In this document: in pieces, positions 24,090 to 36,900 of the stretch
Layout: every line of letters starts with the position of its first letter
How positions within the stretch are numbered: position 1 is the first letter of the stretch
Source: Eledone cirrhosa
Taxonomy: Eukaryota
NCBI GenBank assembly: GCA_964016885.1
Contig: OZ024765.1
Span: forward strand, 3,348,001-3,412,000
Direction of reading: 5' to 3'
DNA: 64,000 bases
Notes under the pieces: model-generated
What the model was told of the DNA's origin: nothing
Databases searched by the model: none
Seen by the model: the letters and a program-made list of their open reading frames with translations, nothing else
Position numbers and translations under genes: made by a program

Positions 24090-26394
24090 TTTTATGCATA
24101 ATGTGGATCAGCGGACTATGTCATATTTCCTCGACAGGCCACAGCATGGTCACGTGCCTAATTTAAATAGCACGTGGTCAGACAGTTGTCGGCAACGGTC
24201 GTGTGTGGGGGGGGGGGGGTAGTGAATGAGGTTTTTTTCTGTCATGGGAAGTGGTTTGAGAGCTCGACTTGCTGGTCTTTTGTGTGGTGGTGGCGGTGGT
24301 GTGGTGGTGGCGGTGTGGTGGTGGTGGTGTGGTGGTGGTGGTGGCGGTGGTGGTGTGGTGGTGGTGGTGGTGTGGTGGTGGTGTGGTGGTGGTGGTGGTG
24401 GTGGTGTGGTGGTGGTGGTGTGGTGGTGGTGGTGGTGTGGTGGTGTGGTGGTGGTGGCGGTGGTGTGGTGGTGGTGGTGGTGTGGTGGTGGTGGTGTGGT
24501 GGTGGTGGTGTGTGGTGGTGGTGGTGGTGGTGGTGGTGGTGTGGTGGTGGTGTGGTGGTGGTGGTGGTGGTGTGGTGGTGGTGGTGGTGGTGGTGGTGGT
24601 GGTGGTGGTGGTGGTGTGGTGGTGGCGGTGGTGGTGTGGTGGTGGTGTGGTGGTGGTGGTGGTGGTGTGGTGGTGGTGTGGTGGTGGTGGTGGTGGTGTG
24701 GCGGTGGTGTGGTGATGGCGGTGGTGGTGGTGGTGTGGTGGTGGTGGTGGTGGTGGCGGTGGTGTGGGGTGGTGGTGGTGGTGGGGTGGTGGTGGTGGTG
24801 GTGGGGTGGTGGTGGCGGTGGTGGTGATGGTGGGGTGGTGGTGGTGGTGGTGGTGGGGTGGTGTGGTGATAGTGGTGGTGGTGGTGGTGGTAGTGGTGGC
24901 GGTGATGGTGGTGGCGGTGATGGTGGTGGTGTGGTGGTGGCGTGTTAGTGGAGGTGGTGGTAGTAGTAGACGAAGTGGTAGTGGTGTTGGTGGTGGTGGT
25001 ATCGGTGGTGGTGGTGGTGTCGATGTTGCTGATGATGATGATGTTAGGCTGTACTTGACTGTGGTTATGATGACAGCGGCGGGGGTTCGTGTGACCTGCC
25101 GTGTCCACGCGCATGCGTGTGTCAGTACCATGTCACGAGTTAGGGGGGGGGGGGGGGCAAGTGGTCAAGTGTTTCGGAGAGGTCACGGAAACCTTTCTTA
25201 CGTAGCTGTACTTGTATATGTCTATATATGTGTGTGTGTGTGTGTGTGTGTATACATGTGTGTGTGTACATGTGTGTTTGTGTATGCATGTGTGTGTATG
25301 TGTGGGTAGGTGTGGGTAGGTGTGTGTATGCGTGTGTATGTATGTGTATAGATGTGTGTGTGTCTACATGTGTGTGTGTCTACATGTGTGTTTGTGTATG
25401 CATGTGTGTCTGAATGTGCATGTGTGTGTATGCATGTATGTGTGTGTATGCATGTGTGTGCGTGTGGGTGGGTGTGTCTGTGTATGCATGTGTGGTGTGT
25501 ATGTCTGTGTCTGTGCATGTCTGTATGTTTATGCATATGTGTGTGTCTGTGTATGCATGTGTGTACATGTGTGTGTATGTGTGTACATGTGTGTATGTGC
25601 ATGTGTGTGTGTGAATGTGTATGTGTGTGTATGCATGTGTGTGTATGCATGTGTATGTGTGTGTGTGTGTGTGTGCATGTACGTCTGTGTATGTCTGTCT
25701 GCGTATGTGTGTGTATGTCTGTGCATGTGTGTGTGTGTGTGGGTCTATGTATACATGTGTGTGTGTGTGTGTATATGACTAGTGGCGATGACAGGGGAGT
25801 ATTAACGTGTGGGTGGGTGGGGTGGGGGACGGGGGGGGTCTTAATCTGGTGTCAGGTCGTCAAATGTGGGACGGTGTTTGGTACCATATTTAGCAGCACG
25901 TGTCTTCCTGGTCAATTATACACACCATGCACATTTGAACGGTGATCATATATATATATATACATGTGTGTGTATGTGTGTATATATATATATATGCATG
26001 TATATATATATATTGTTAAATATATATAAGTAAATATATATATATATATTTATATATACACATATGTGGTATATATATATATATATATATATTGTTAAAT
26101 ATATACACGTATATATATATATAATATATATATATATAATATATATATATATATAATATATATATATACATATGTGGTATATATATATATATATATATAT
26201 TGTTAAATATATACACGTATATATATATATAATATATATATATATAATATATATATATATATATAATATATATATATATATAATATATAATATATATATA
26301 TAATATATATATATATTGTTATATATATATATATTGTTATATATATATATATATTGTTATATATATATATATATATATATTGTTATATATATCG

Positions 26395-26450
<56 letters not shown>

Positions 26451-27350
26451 TTATATATATCGTTATATATATCGTTATATATATATATATATATTAACAT
26501 CAGTATGAGCAGCCGGTTACAGCTGGTTTGAACAGAAAGAGGTGAGAGAATTCTGGTTGGATAGAAGAATTAATATAAAGAGTGGTGTGCTCAGGCACTG
26601 ACATACTGTAAAATTGCTTATAAAATAGTGTGAAGACGCTGAGAAATGGAAAAAGAACCACTAAGCATGTGCATGTCTGTGTATGCATATATGTGTATAT
26701 GCATATCTGTATGTACATGTGTATGTCAGTGTATGCATATATGTAAACTCTGATGATCCCTAAGGTGTGTGCCAACTAAAATAACTCTCTACTAGTGGTA
26801 TTTCTCAGGTAAAAATATCAGACATGAGATACAGGAAAATGTAATCAATATTTCATATAAAGAATAAATAAATAAAGTCATACCTAAATATCTGGAATTT
26901 TCATATCTGGCCATCAAAGAGTATAATATTTAATACATTAACAGAGAAAGCTTTAAGCGACTCGATCTCACTCAACAAACATTAGGAAAAACCTCAGTAT
27001 AATCCCAATTAAGTGTTTGGGGTGCTAACTTTATAGTATTCCGTGGATAGTTGGTTGTATTATTTTATATGAGACACAATTAAATAAATCTCTTTCTTTC
27101 CATACGATCGTTTCGTTCTCTCTATATATATATGGGGTAACAAGTTATCGTTATAGGTAATCCAGTTAGAGGTTGTGAGTACTCTGTGTCGTGCATAGTT
27201 TTAACGTACGGCTTTGTTTAACTCAACAAGATGTTTCCATAGTTAGGCAGCGAGTTCGCGGTAATTCCTGTGTAGGTTATACTTGGAGTAATAATAGTGA
27301 AAGAATGAAGAGTAACATGTTTGGCTGTACAATAAGGGGTTTTATTTCAG

Positions 27351-27461
27351 GTACTGACAATTGTTTCATTGATCAGGTGAGTCTAGAGGTCGGTAATCGC
27401 TCGAAGATGCGTCACTCGATCTCCAATACATTATTTACCTCTGATCCAATCCTCAGAATAC
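27351..27461 (-). ncRNA. Hammerhead ribozyme with extended (~80 nt) stem II domain, family 4
   Basis: Reverse complement GUAUU-CUGAGGA-UUGGAUCAG...CUGAUCAAU-GAAAC-AAUU-GUC^-AGUAC; 5-bp stem I; palindromic GACAAUUGUU/C region. Confidence 0.78.
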
Positions 27462-27533
27462 AAATAATTCGTACATGGCATGATATATATATATATATAT
27501 TATATATAAATATATATATACTATATAATTGTA

Positions 27534-27574
<41 letters not shown>

Positions 27575-28406
27575 ATTGTAAGTGTATATATATATATATA
27601 TATATATATACACAATTATATATAAGTAAAGTCAGGGAGATTCACCATGACCATGTATGGTAAGGCTGCCCCTTTAAATTATAGGTACAATCTAATATTT
27701 TACAGTGTAAGTGGCTGAGCATTCCACAGATACGAGGCCCCTTCCAACTCACAATCTTAAGGTCGTGAGCCGAGCACCCTAACCACTAGACCACGCGTTT
27801 CACAACCCCACCCCCACAGAAGGAAGGAAAGCAAGTGTGTGTTCCTTCTTAAAATACAATCCAAATATTGGAACGGGGTCAACAAAGGTCACGAAAGGTC
27901 AACAAAGGTCACGAATGTGGCATAAATTTAGAGGGTGCTACGAGGTTATCATCACTATGTCATGTACCACACAGAGTGAAATGTCACGTGGGAGAGAGGG
28001 GAGGGAGAGAGAGAGAATGTGTGGAAAGAGAGAGAGTGTGAGAGAGAGTGAGAGAGAGAATGTGTGGAAAGAGAGAGAATGTGTGTGAGAGAGAGTGTGT
28101 GTGTGTGTGAGTGAGAGAGAGTGTGTGTGTGTGAGAGAAAGAGAGTGTGTGTGTGTGAGAGAAAGAGAGTGTGTGTGTGTGTGAGAGAGAGAGTGTGTGT
28201 GTGTGTGTGTGGAGTGAGAGAGTGTGTGTGTGTGGAGTGAGAGAGTGTGTGTGTGAGAGAGAGTGTGTGAGAGAGAGTGTGTGTGAGAGAGTGTGTATGC
28301 ATATTAACGGCTGAGCAGCCTAATTTGCATATTAGGCTGCTCAGCCGTTAATATGCATAAGGAAAGTATATACTTTCAGACGTTCAGTCATCTGGCAGGA
28401 AGGTAT

Positions 28407-28449
28407 ACGTTGCTGACGATAGCTAATAAGCTTGAAACTAGTACAGCGT
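28407..28449 (+). ncRNA. Minimal hammerhead ribozyme, family 2
   Basis: ACGUUG-CUGACGA (28413-28419)-UAGCUAAUAAGCUU-GAAA (28434-28437)-CUA-GUA^-CAGCGU; 6-bp stem I; palindromic ACUAGU stem III. Confidence 0.88.
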
Positions 28450-28712
28450 TCCTTTGTCAGTGTCGAACAAACGAGCAACGATGGTTGCTAGACACTACGG
28501 CTTAATACGGGATGTTTGTTTACAAACACACCGAGCATTATAATAAATGTTCGGTGAATCCATACGTACATATATATATATGTGTGCATGTATGTGTATA
28601 TATATACATACTACTGTACGCCTGTATACATATATGTATGTACGTGTACATACTTATATTTAAGTAACAGCCGTACTAAGAGTGGGAAATGAAATTTCGT
28701 TTCATTTTTTCC

Positions 28713-28771
<59 letters not shown>

Positions 28772-29148
28772 TATATATATATAAATATATACTTAGGGTA
28801 AATATTGATGCAATTCAAATCAAGCACTCAACGTACTTATTCCACATAGGTGTGACGGAGTAAATATCGAATAAGGAAAAGCGAAGTAGTTTCAGATGTT
28901 CAAGTCCTTTAATAATAATTGTTTCTACTTTAGGCACAAGGCCAGCACTTACCCAGTGCATTACTGGTACTTTTATTTTATCGACCCCGTAAGGATGAAA
29001 GGCAAAGTCAAGCTCGGCGGGATTTGAACTCAGATCGTAAAGGGACGTAACTATGCTGGAAAGCATGGCGTCCGACCCTCTACCGATACTGCCAATCCAC
29101 CGCCCTAGGTCCTTTAATAAGTCCTTTAATAAGTCATTTAACAATAAT

Positions 29149-29222
29149 GCTGTGATATATATTTCAATGGCGTAAGTGGCCACACTGTTCTGTGCGCCAG
29201 TCTCGCGACATCGTCAGACAGC
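29149..29222 (-). ncRNA. Hammerhead ribozyme, family 6
   Basis: Reverse complement GCUGU-CUGACGA-UGUCGCGAG...CUUACGCCAUU-GAAA-UAUAUA-UC^-ACAGC; perfect 5-bp stem I; 45-nt stem II with mismatches. Confidence 0.78.
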
Positions 29223-29321
29223 TTGTTACATAATAAGGTTATGTTTATGTTTCCGAGGCAATCCAAATTGAATCGACATGGGAACGGACGAAGTATGTGC
29301 TTTTGGGTTCTTCATCCGTTC

Positions 29322-29400
<79 letters not shown>

Positions 29401-29402
29401 AA

Positions 29403-29468
<66 letters not shown>

Positions 29469-29504
29469 TATATATATAAATATATATATGTAAATATATA
29501 TATG

Positions 29505-29540
<36 letters not shown>

Positions 29541-29548
29541 TATATATA

Positions 29549-29582
<34 letters not shown>

Positions 29583-29608
29583 AATATATATATATAAATA
29601 TATATATG

Positions 29609-29646
<38 letters not shown>

Positions 29647-29654
29647 TATATATA

Positions 29655-29788
<134 letters not shown>

Positions 29789-29820
29789 TAAATATATAAA
29801 TATATATATATATATATATA

Positions 29821-29852
<32 letters not shown>

Positions 29853-29905
29853 AATAAATATATATATATAAATATATATATATAAATAAATATATATATA
29901 AATAT

Positions 29906-29966
<61 letters not shown>

Positions 29967-30025
29967 AATATATATATAAATAAATATATATATAAATATA
30001 TATATATATAAATAAATATATATAT

Positions 30026-30102
<77 letters not shown>

Positions 30103-30162
30103 TATAAATCAGGAAAGAAGAGTGACACGGTTTGCTATACAAAAAAGGTTTTTAATCTCATT

Positions 30163-30268
30163 GCTGACAATTGTTTCTCTGAACTGGTAGGTCTAGAGAT
30201 CGCTATCCGCTTATTTTCGCGTTACTCGATCGCCAATACAAAATTATAACCAGTCAGTTCATCGGAGC
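30163..30268 (-). ncRNA. Family 4 long-stem-II hammerhead with CCGAUGA core variant
   Basis: Reverse complement GCU-CCGAUGA-ACUGACUGGU...ACCAGUUCAGA-GAAAC-AAUU-GUC^-AGC; homologous to 27351-27461 with a different but still pairing stem II base. Confidence 0.65.
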
Positions 30269-30433
30269 TTGCGAGTGTTTACAACATAGGAATTACAGCG
30301 TACTCGCAGCATCACTATGGAAACGCCTTGTTGAGTCAAACTTAGCCAAGCGTTGATATCATCCACTACCCGGAGTACCATAACTAGACTACACCAAGGT
30401 GGACTGCATATAACTATTATTTGTTACCCCGTT

Positions 30434-30491
<58 letters not shown>

Positions 30492-30614
30492 AACCAGTAA
30501 GACCCCGACAGCTGAGCTCAAGCCGTTTCGACGGCTAATTCTATATATAAATAATTATATATATAAATAAATATATATATAAATATATATATATAAATAT
30601 ATATATATATAAAT

Positions 30615-30653
<39 letters not shown>

Positions 30654-31173
30654 AATATATATATATAAATATAGTATTAATTAATTAGTATTAATTATAC
30701 TATTTATGGTTATGTAAATACAAAAACCTTATGCAGTTATATGTATTTTTTATACAAACCCTAAATAGTGGTAGGCAGTAATGTATTACTACCTTATTAC
30801 CAGTAAGTTAAGTAGCTCAATGTAAAAACATCAGATGATTTACATATAACATTTACACTATATAACCGCTTATCTTCATGTTGTATTTTAACCTGTATTT
30901 TTGATTTATGATTTTACCTTTTAATATGAATGTAATCTCGAAGTGTGTACTGCCACTCTAAATTCTGTAATGAATGTTGACCCACAATATTTACATATGT
31001 ATCGGTATGTCTCTTGGCTGAAAAGGAGGTCATATAACTGTCCACTCATTAATAAATTGCTCCGAAGAATCCAAACCTCGGTTTGGAGGAAACAGCTGTA
31101 AGCACAATAATGTTTTGAACAGTTCTTTGATTCTTATATTTCATATATTTCATATATATAAATATATATATAT

Positions 31174-31204
<31 letters not shown>

Positions 31205-31245
31205 AATAAATATATATATATATATATAAATATATATATATATAA

Positions 31246-31318
<73 letters not shown>

Positions 31319-31506
31319 ATAGGGAGCTGTCGTCAAGTGTTATCACCGATCTTTCATTCAGGACCCCAGATTGAGGTTGATAGAAACCAGATGTGATATG
31401 GGAGAGGGAGGAAGAGGGTCACGTGACCAAGTCTGTGTCTGTGAATATATATGTGCATGTGTGTGTGTGTATATTTGCGTGTGTGAGAGTGTGGTGGTCT
31501 TACTCT

Positions 31507-33185
31507 ACACCGCAAGCACCAACACCACAACACCAACATCATCAACACCACCACTACCACCAACAACAACACTACTACCACCACCACCACTACCACCAAC
31601 AACAACACTACTACCACCACCACCACTACAACCACCACCAACACCACTACCACCAACAACACTATTACCACTACCACCAACAACACTACTACCACCACCA
31701 ACACCACAACACCAACATCATCAACACCACCACTACCACCAACAACAGCACTACTACCACCAGCACCACTACAACCACCACCACTACCACCAACAACACT
31801 ATTACCACTACCACCACTACCACCAACAACACTACTACCACCACCAACACCACAACACCAACATCATCAACACCACCACTACCACCACCACCACTACCAC
31901 CAACAACAACACTACTACCACCACCACTACAACCACCACCAACACCACTACCACCAACAACACTACTACCACCACCACCACTACCACCAACAACAACACT
32001 ACTACCACCACCACCACTACAACCACCACCAACACCACTACCACCAACAACACTATTACCACTACAACCACCACCAACACCACAACACCAACATCATCAA
32101 CACCACCACTACCACCACTACCACCACCAACACCACTACCACCAACAACACTACTACCACCACCAACACCACAACACCAACATCATCAACACCACCACTA
32201 CCACCACCACCACTACCACCAACAACAACACTACTACCACCACCACCACTACAACCACCACCAACACCACTACCACCAACAACACTACTACCACCACCAC
32301 CACTACCACCAACAACACTACTACCACCACCAACACCACAACACCAACAACACCACCACTACCACCACCACCACTACCACCAACAACAACACTACCACCA
32401 CCACTACCACCAACAACACTACTACCACCACCACCACTACCACCAACAACACTACTACCACCACCACCACTACCACCAACAACACTACTACCACCACCAC
32501 CACCACTACCAACAACAACACCAACAACACTACTACCACCACCACCAACACCACTACCACCAAGAACAACACTACCACCACCACCCACACTACTACCACC
32601 ACCAACAACACTACCACCAACACCACTACCACCAACAACAACACTACTACCACCACCACCAACACTACCAACAACAACAACACCAACCACACTACCACCA
32701 ACACTACCAACAACACCACCAACACTACTACCACCACCACCAACACCACTACCACCAACAACACTACTACCACCACCACCAGCACTACTAACAACAACAA
32801 CACCAACCACACTACCACCACCAACAACAACACCACCAACACTACTACCACCACCACCAACACCACTACCACCAACAACAACAACACCAACCACACTACC
32901 ACCACCAACACCAACACTACCAACAACAACACCACCAACACTACTACCACCACCACCACCACCACCACTACTACCAACAACACCAACAACGCTACTACCA
33001 CCACCACCAACACTACCACCACCAACACTACCAGCAACACCACCAACGCCCGTACCATCCCTACAACCACCACAAACACCAACACCACCACCAACACTAC
33101 CACCACCAACACTACCAGCAACACCACCAACGCCCGTACCATCCCTACAACACCACCAACACCACCACCACCAACATCACCAGTA
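31507..33185 (+). repeat. (ACC/ACT/AAC)n trinucleotide-type tract
   Basis: Degenerate trimer repeat. Similar (GGT)n/(ACC)n tracts at 6671-7185, 12982-13310, 19136-20180, 20320-20775, 24285-25040 and 39391-40305. Confidence 0.95.
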
Positions 33186-33924
33186 CCATTGAGTTATTTC
33201 CAATAATTATTTACAAAATTATTTACAAAAATTTTATGTAAGAACCTTTGTTAAGTTATGTTCCAAACACCAGCTTAATAAGACAGTGACTTTAATTAGA
33301 AATATGGTAACAAAGTGATTACAGTGTTTATATTTATCTAAAAACTTTCCACCATGATTTTATGTAAGAACCTTTGTTAAGTTATGTTCCAAACACCAGC
33401 TTAATAAGACAATGTCTTTCACTAGAAATATGGTAATGAAAGGGTTAACTTTTTAACATTTACATTACTCTATATATACTATTATATCTTCTTGGTAAAG
33501 ACTTTATCTCACATAATATCAACTCTATGATATTTTGATATTATTTATTTTGAGAACAATACCTTAACATCAGTATGATCGGCCGCTTTGAACAGAAAGA
33601 GCTGAGGGAAACAGGCCAGATATGGCCGGTTTAAATGCTCAAGGGGTAAAGTGTTTATATTGATCTAAAAACTTTCCATCCAGCATAATTTTATGTAATA
33701 ACCTTTGTTAAGTTATGTTCCAAACACTGGCTTGGTAATGAGATTTATGATAACAAAACCTTAACAACAACAACCACAACAACAAGAACAACAACAACAA
33801 GAAGCGATTAACGTGTTTGACGTTTGTGGGAAAAAATTTTAAATCCTCTCCAAAAATAGTCGACCAACCCCCACCCCACCTGCACGAGTCCCCCTCTCCG
33901 TTCCACGTAGGTGTTGAAAATAGG

Positions 33925-36900
33925 GGTGTAGTGTAGTGTAGTGCGGTGCAGTGCAGTGCAGTGCAGTGTGGTGTGGTGTGGTGTGGTGTAGTGTTGAGTG
34001 GTGTAGTGCAGTGTAGTGTGGTGTGGTGTGGTGTGGTGTGGTGTAGTGTTGAGTGGTGTAGTATGGTGTGGTGTAGTGTAGTGTGGTACGGTGTGGAGTG
34101 ATGTAGTGTGGTGGAGTGATGTAGTGTAGTGTAGTGTAGTGTAGTGTAGTGTAGTGTAGTGTGGTGTGGTGTAGTATGGTGTGGTGTGGTGTGGTGTAAT
34201 GTGGTGTAGTGTGGTGTAGTGTAGTGTAGTGTAGTGTAGTGTAGTGTAGTGTAGTGTAGTGTAGTGTAGTGTAGTGTAGTGTAGTGTAGTGTAGTGTAGT
34301 GTGGTGTGGTGTGGTGTGGTGTGGTATGGTGTGGTGTAGTGTAGTGTGGTACGGTGTGGAGTGATGTAGTGTGGTGGAGTGATGTAGTGTAGTGTGGTGT
34401 AGTGTAGTGTAGTGTAGTGTAGTGTAGTGTAGTGTAGTGTAGTGTAGTGTGGTGTGGTGTAGTGTGGTGTAGTGTGGAGTGGAGTGGTGTAGTGTAGTGT
34501 GGTACGGTGTGGAGTGATGTAGTGTGGTGGAGTGATGTAGTGTAGTGTGGTGTAGTGTAGTGTAGTGTAGTGTAGTGTAGTGTAGTGTAGTGTAGTGTAG
34601 TGTAGTGTAGTGTGGTGTGGTGTAGTGTAGTGTGGTGTAGTGTAGTGTGGTGTGGTATAGTGTGGTGTAGTGTGGTGTAGTGTGGAGTGGAGTGGTGTGG
34701 TGTGGTGTAGTGTAGTGTGGTGTAGTGTGGTGTAGTGTGGTGTAGTGTGGTGTAGTGTGGAGTGGTGTGGTGTGGTGTGGTGTGGTGTGGTGTGGTGTGG
34801 TGTGGTATAGTTTGGTGTGGTGTAGTGTAGTGTGGTGTGGTGTAGTGTAGTGTGGTATGGTGTAGTGTAGTGTAATGTAGTGTAGTATAGTGTAGTGTAG
34901 TGTAGTGTGGTGTAGTGTAGTGTAGTGTAGTGTAGTGTAGTGTAGTGTAGTGTGGTGTAGTGTAGTGTGGTGTAGTGTGGTGTGGTGTAGTGTGGTGTGG
35001 TGTAGTGTAGTGTGGTGTAGTGTAGTGTGGTGTGGTATAGTTTGGTGTGGTGTAGTGTAGTGTGGTGTGGTGTAGTGTGGTGTAGTGTAGTGTGGTGTGG
35101 TGTAGTGTAGTGTAATGTAGTGTAGTATAGTGTAGTGTAGTGTAGTGTGGTGTAGTGTAATGTAGTGTAGTGTGGTGTGGTGTAGTGTACTGTAGTGTGG
35201 TGTAGTGTGGTGTGGAGTGGAGTGGTGTGGTGTAGTGTAGTGTGGTGTAGTGTAGTGTGGTGTGGTGTAGTGTGGTGTAGTGTGGTGTAGTGTGGAGTGG
35301 TGTGGTGTGGTATAGTTTGGTGTGGTGTAGTGTAGTGTGGTGTGGTGTAGTGTAGTGTAGTGTAGTGTGGTGTAGTGTAGTGTAGTGTGGTGTAGTGTGG
35401 AGTGGTGTGGTGTGGTGTGGTGTGGTATAGTTTGGTGTGGTGTAGTGTAGTGTGGTGTAGTGTAGTGTAATGTAGTGTAGTATAGTGTAGTGTAGTGTGG
35501 TGTAGTGTAGTGTGGTGTGGTGTAGTGTGGTGTAGTGTGGTGTAGTGTGGTGTAGTGTGGAGTGGTGTGTTGTGGTGTGGTATAGTTTGGTGTGGTGTAG
35601 TGTAGTGTGGTGTGGTGTAGTGTAGTGTGGTGTAGTGTAGTGTGGTGTAGTGTAGTGTAGTGTAGTGTGGTGTAGTGTAATGTAGTGTAGTGTGGTGTGG
35701 TGTAGTGTACTGTAGTGTGGTGTAGTGTGGTGTGGAGTGGAGTGGTGTGGTGTGGTGTAGTGTAGTGTGGTGTAGTGTAGTGTGGTGTGGTGTAGTGTGG
35801 TGTAGTGTGGTGTAGTGTGGAGTGGTGTAGTGTGGTGTAGTGTGGAGTGGTGTGGTGTGGTATAGTTTGGTGTGGTGTAGTGTAGTGTGGTGTGGTGTAG
35901 TGTAGTGTAGTGTGGTGTAGTGTAGTGTAATGTAGTGTAGTATAGTGTAGTGTGGTGTAGTGTAGTGTAGTGTGGTGTAGTGTGGTGTGGTGTAGTGTAG
36001 TGTGGTGTAGTGTAGTGTAATGTAGTGTAGTATAGTGTAGTGTGGTGTAGTGTAGTGTAGTGTAGTGTAGTGTAGTGTAGTGTAGTGTAGTGTAGTGTGG
36101 TGTAGTGTAGTGTAGTGTAGTGTAGTGTAGTGTGGTGTAGTGTGGTGTGGTGTAGTGTGGTGTAGTGTGGTGTGGTGTGGTGTGGTGTGGTGTGGTATAG
36201 TTTGGTGTGGTGTGGTGTAGTGTAGTGTGGTGTAGTGTGGTGTAGTGTGGTGTAGTGTGGAGTGGTGTGGTGTGGTGTGGTGTGGTATAGTTTGGTGTGG
36301 TGTAGTGTAGTGTGGTGTGGTGTAGTGTAGTGTAGTGTAGTGTGGTGTAGTGTAGTGTAGTGTAGTGTAGTGTGGTGTAGTGTAGTGTAATGTAGTGTAA
36401 TGTAGTGTAGTATAGTGTGGTGTAGTGTGGTGTAGTGTGGTGTGGTGTAGTGTGGTGTAGTGTGGTGTGGTGTAGTGTGGTATAGTTTGGTGTGGTGTAG
36501 TGTAGTGTGGTGTGGTGTGGTGTGGTATAGTTTGGTGTGGTGTAGTGTAGTGTGGTGTGGTGTAGTGTAGTGTGGTGTAGTGTAGTGTGGTGTAGTGTAG
36601 TGTGGTGTAGTGTAGTGTAGTGTAGTGTGGTGTAGTGTAATGTAGTGTAGTGTAGTGTACTGTAGTGTGGTGTAGTGTGGTGTGGAGTGGAGTGGTGTGG
36701 TGTGGTGTAGTGTAGTGTGGTGTAGTGTAGTGTGGTGTGGTGTAGTGTGGTGTAGTGTGGTGTAGTGTGGAGTGGTGTGGTGTGGTGTGGTATAGTTTGG
36801 TGTGGTGTAGTGTGGTGTGGTGTGGTGTGGTGTGGTGTGGTGTGGTGTGGTGTGGTGTGGTGTGGTGTGGTGTAGTGTAGTGTAGTGTAGTGTAGTGTAG

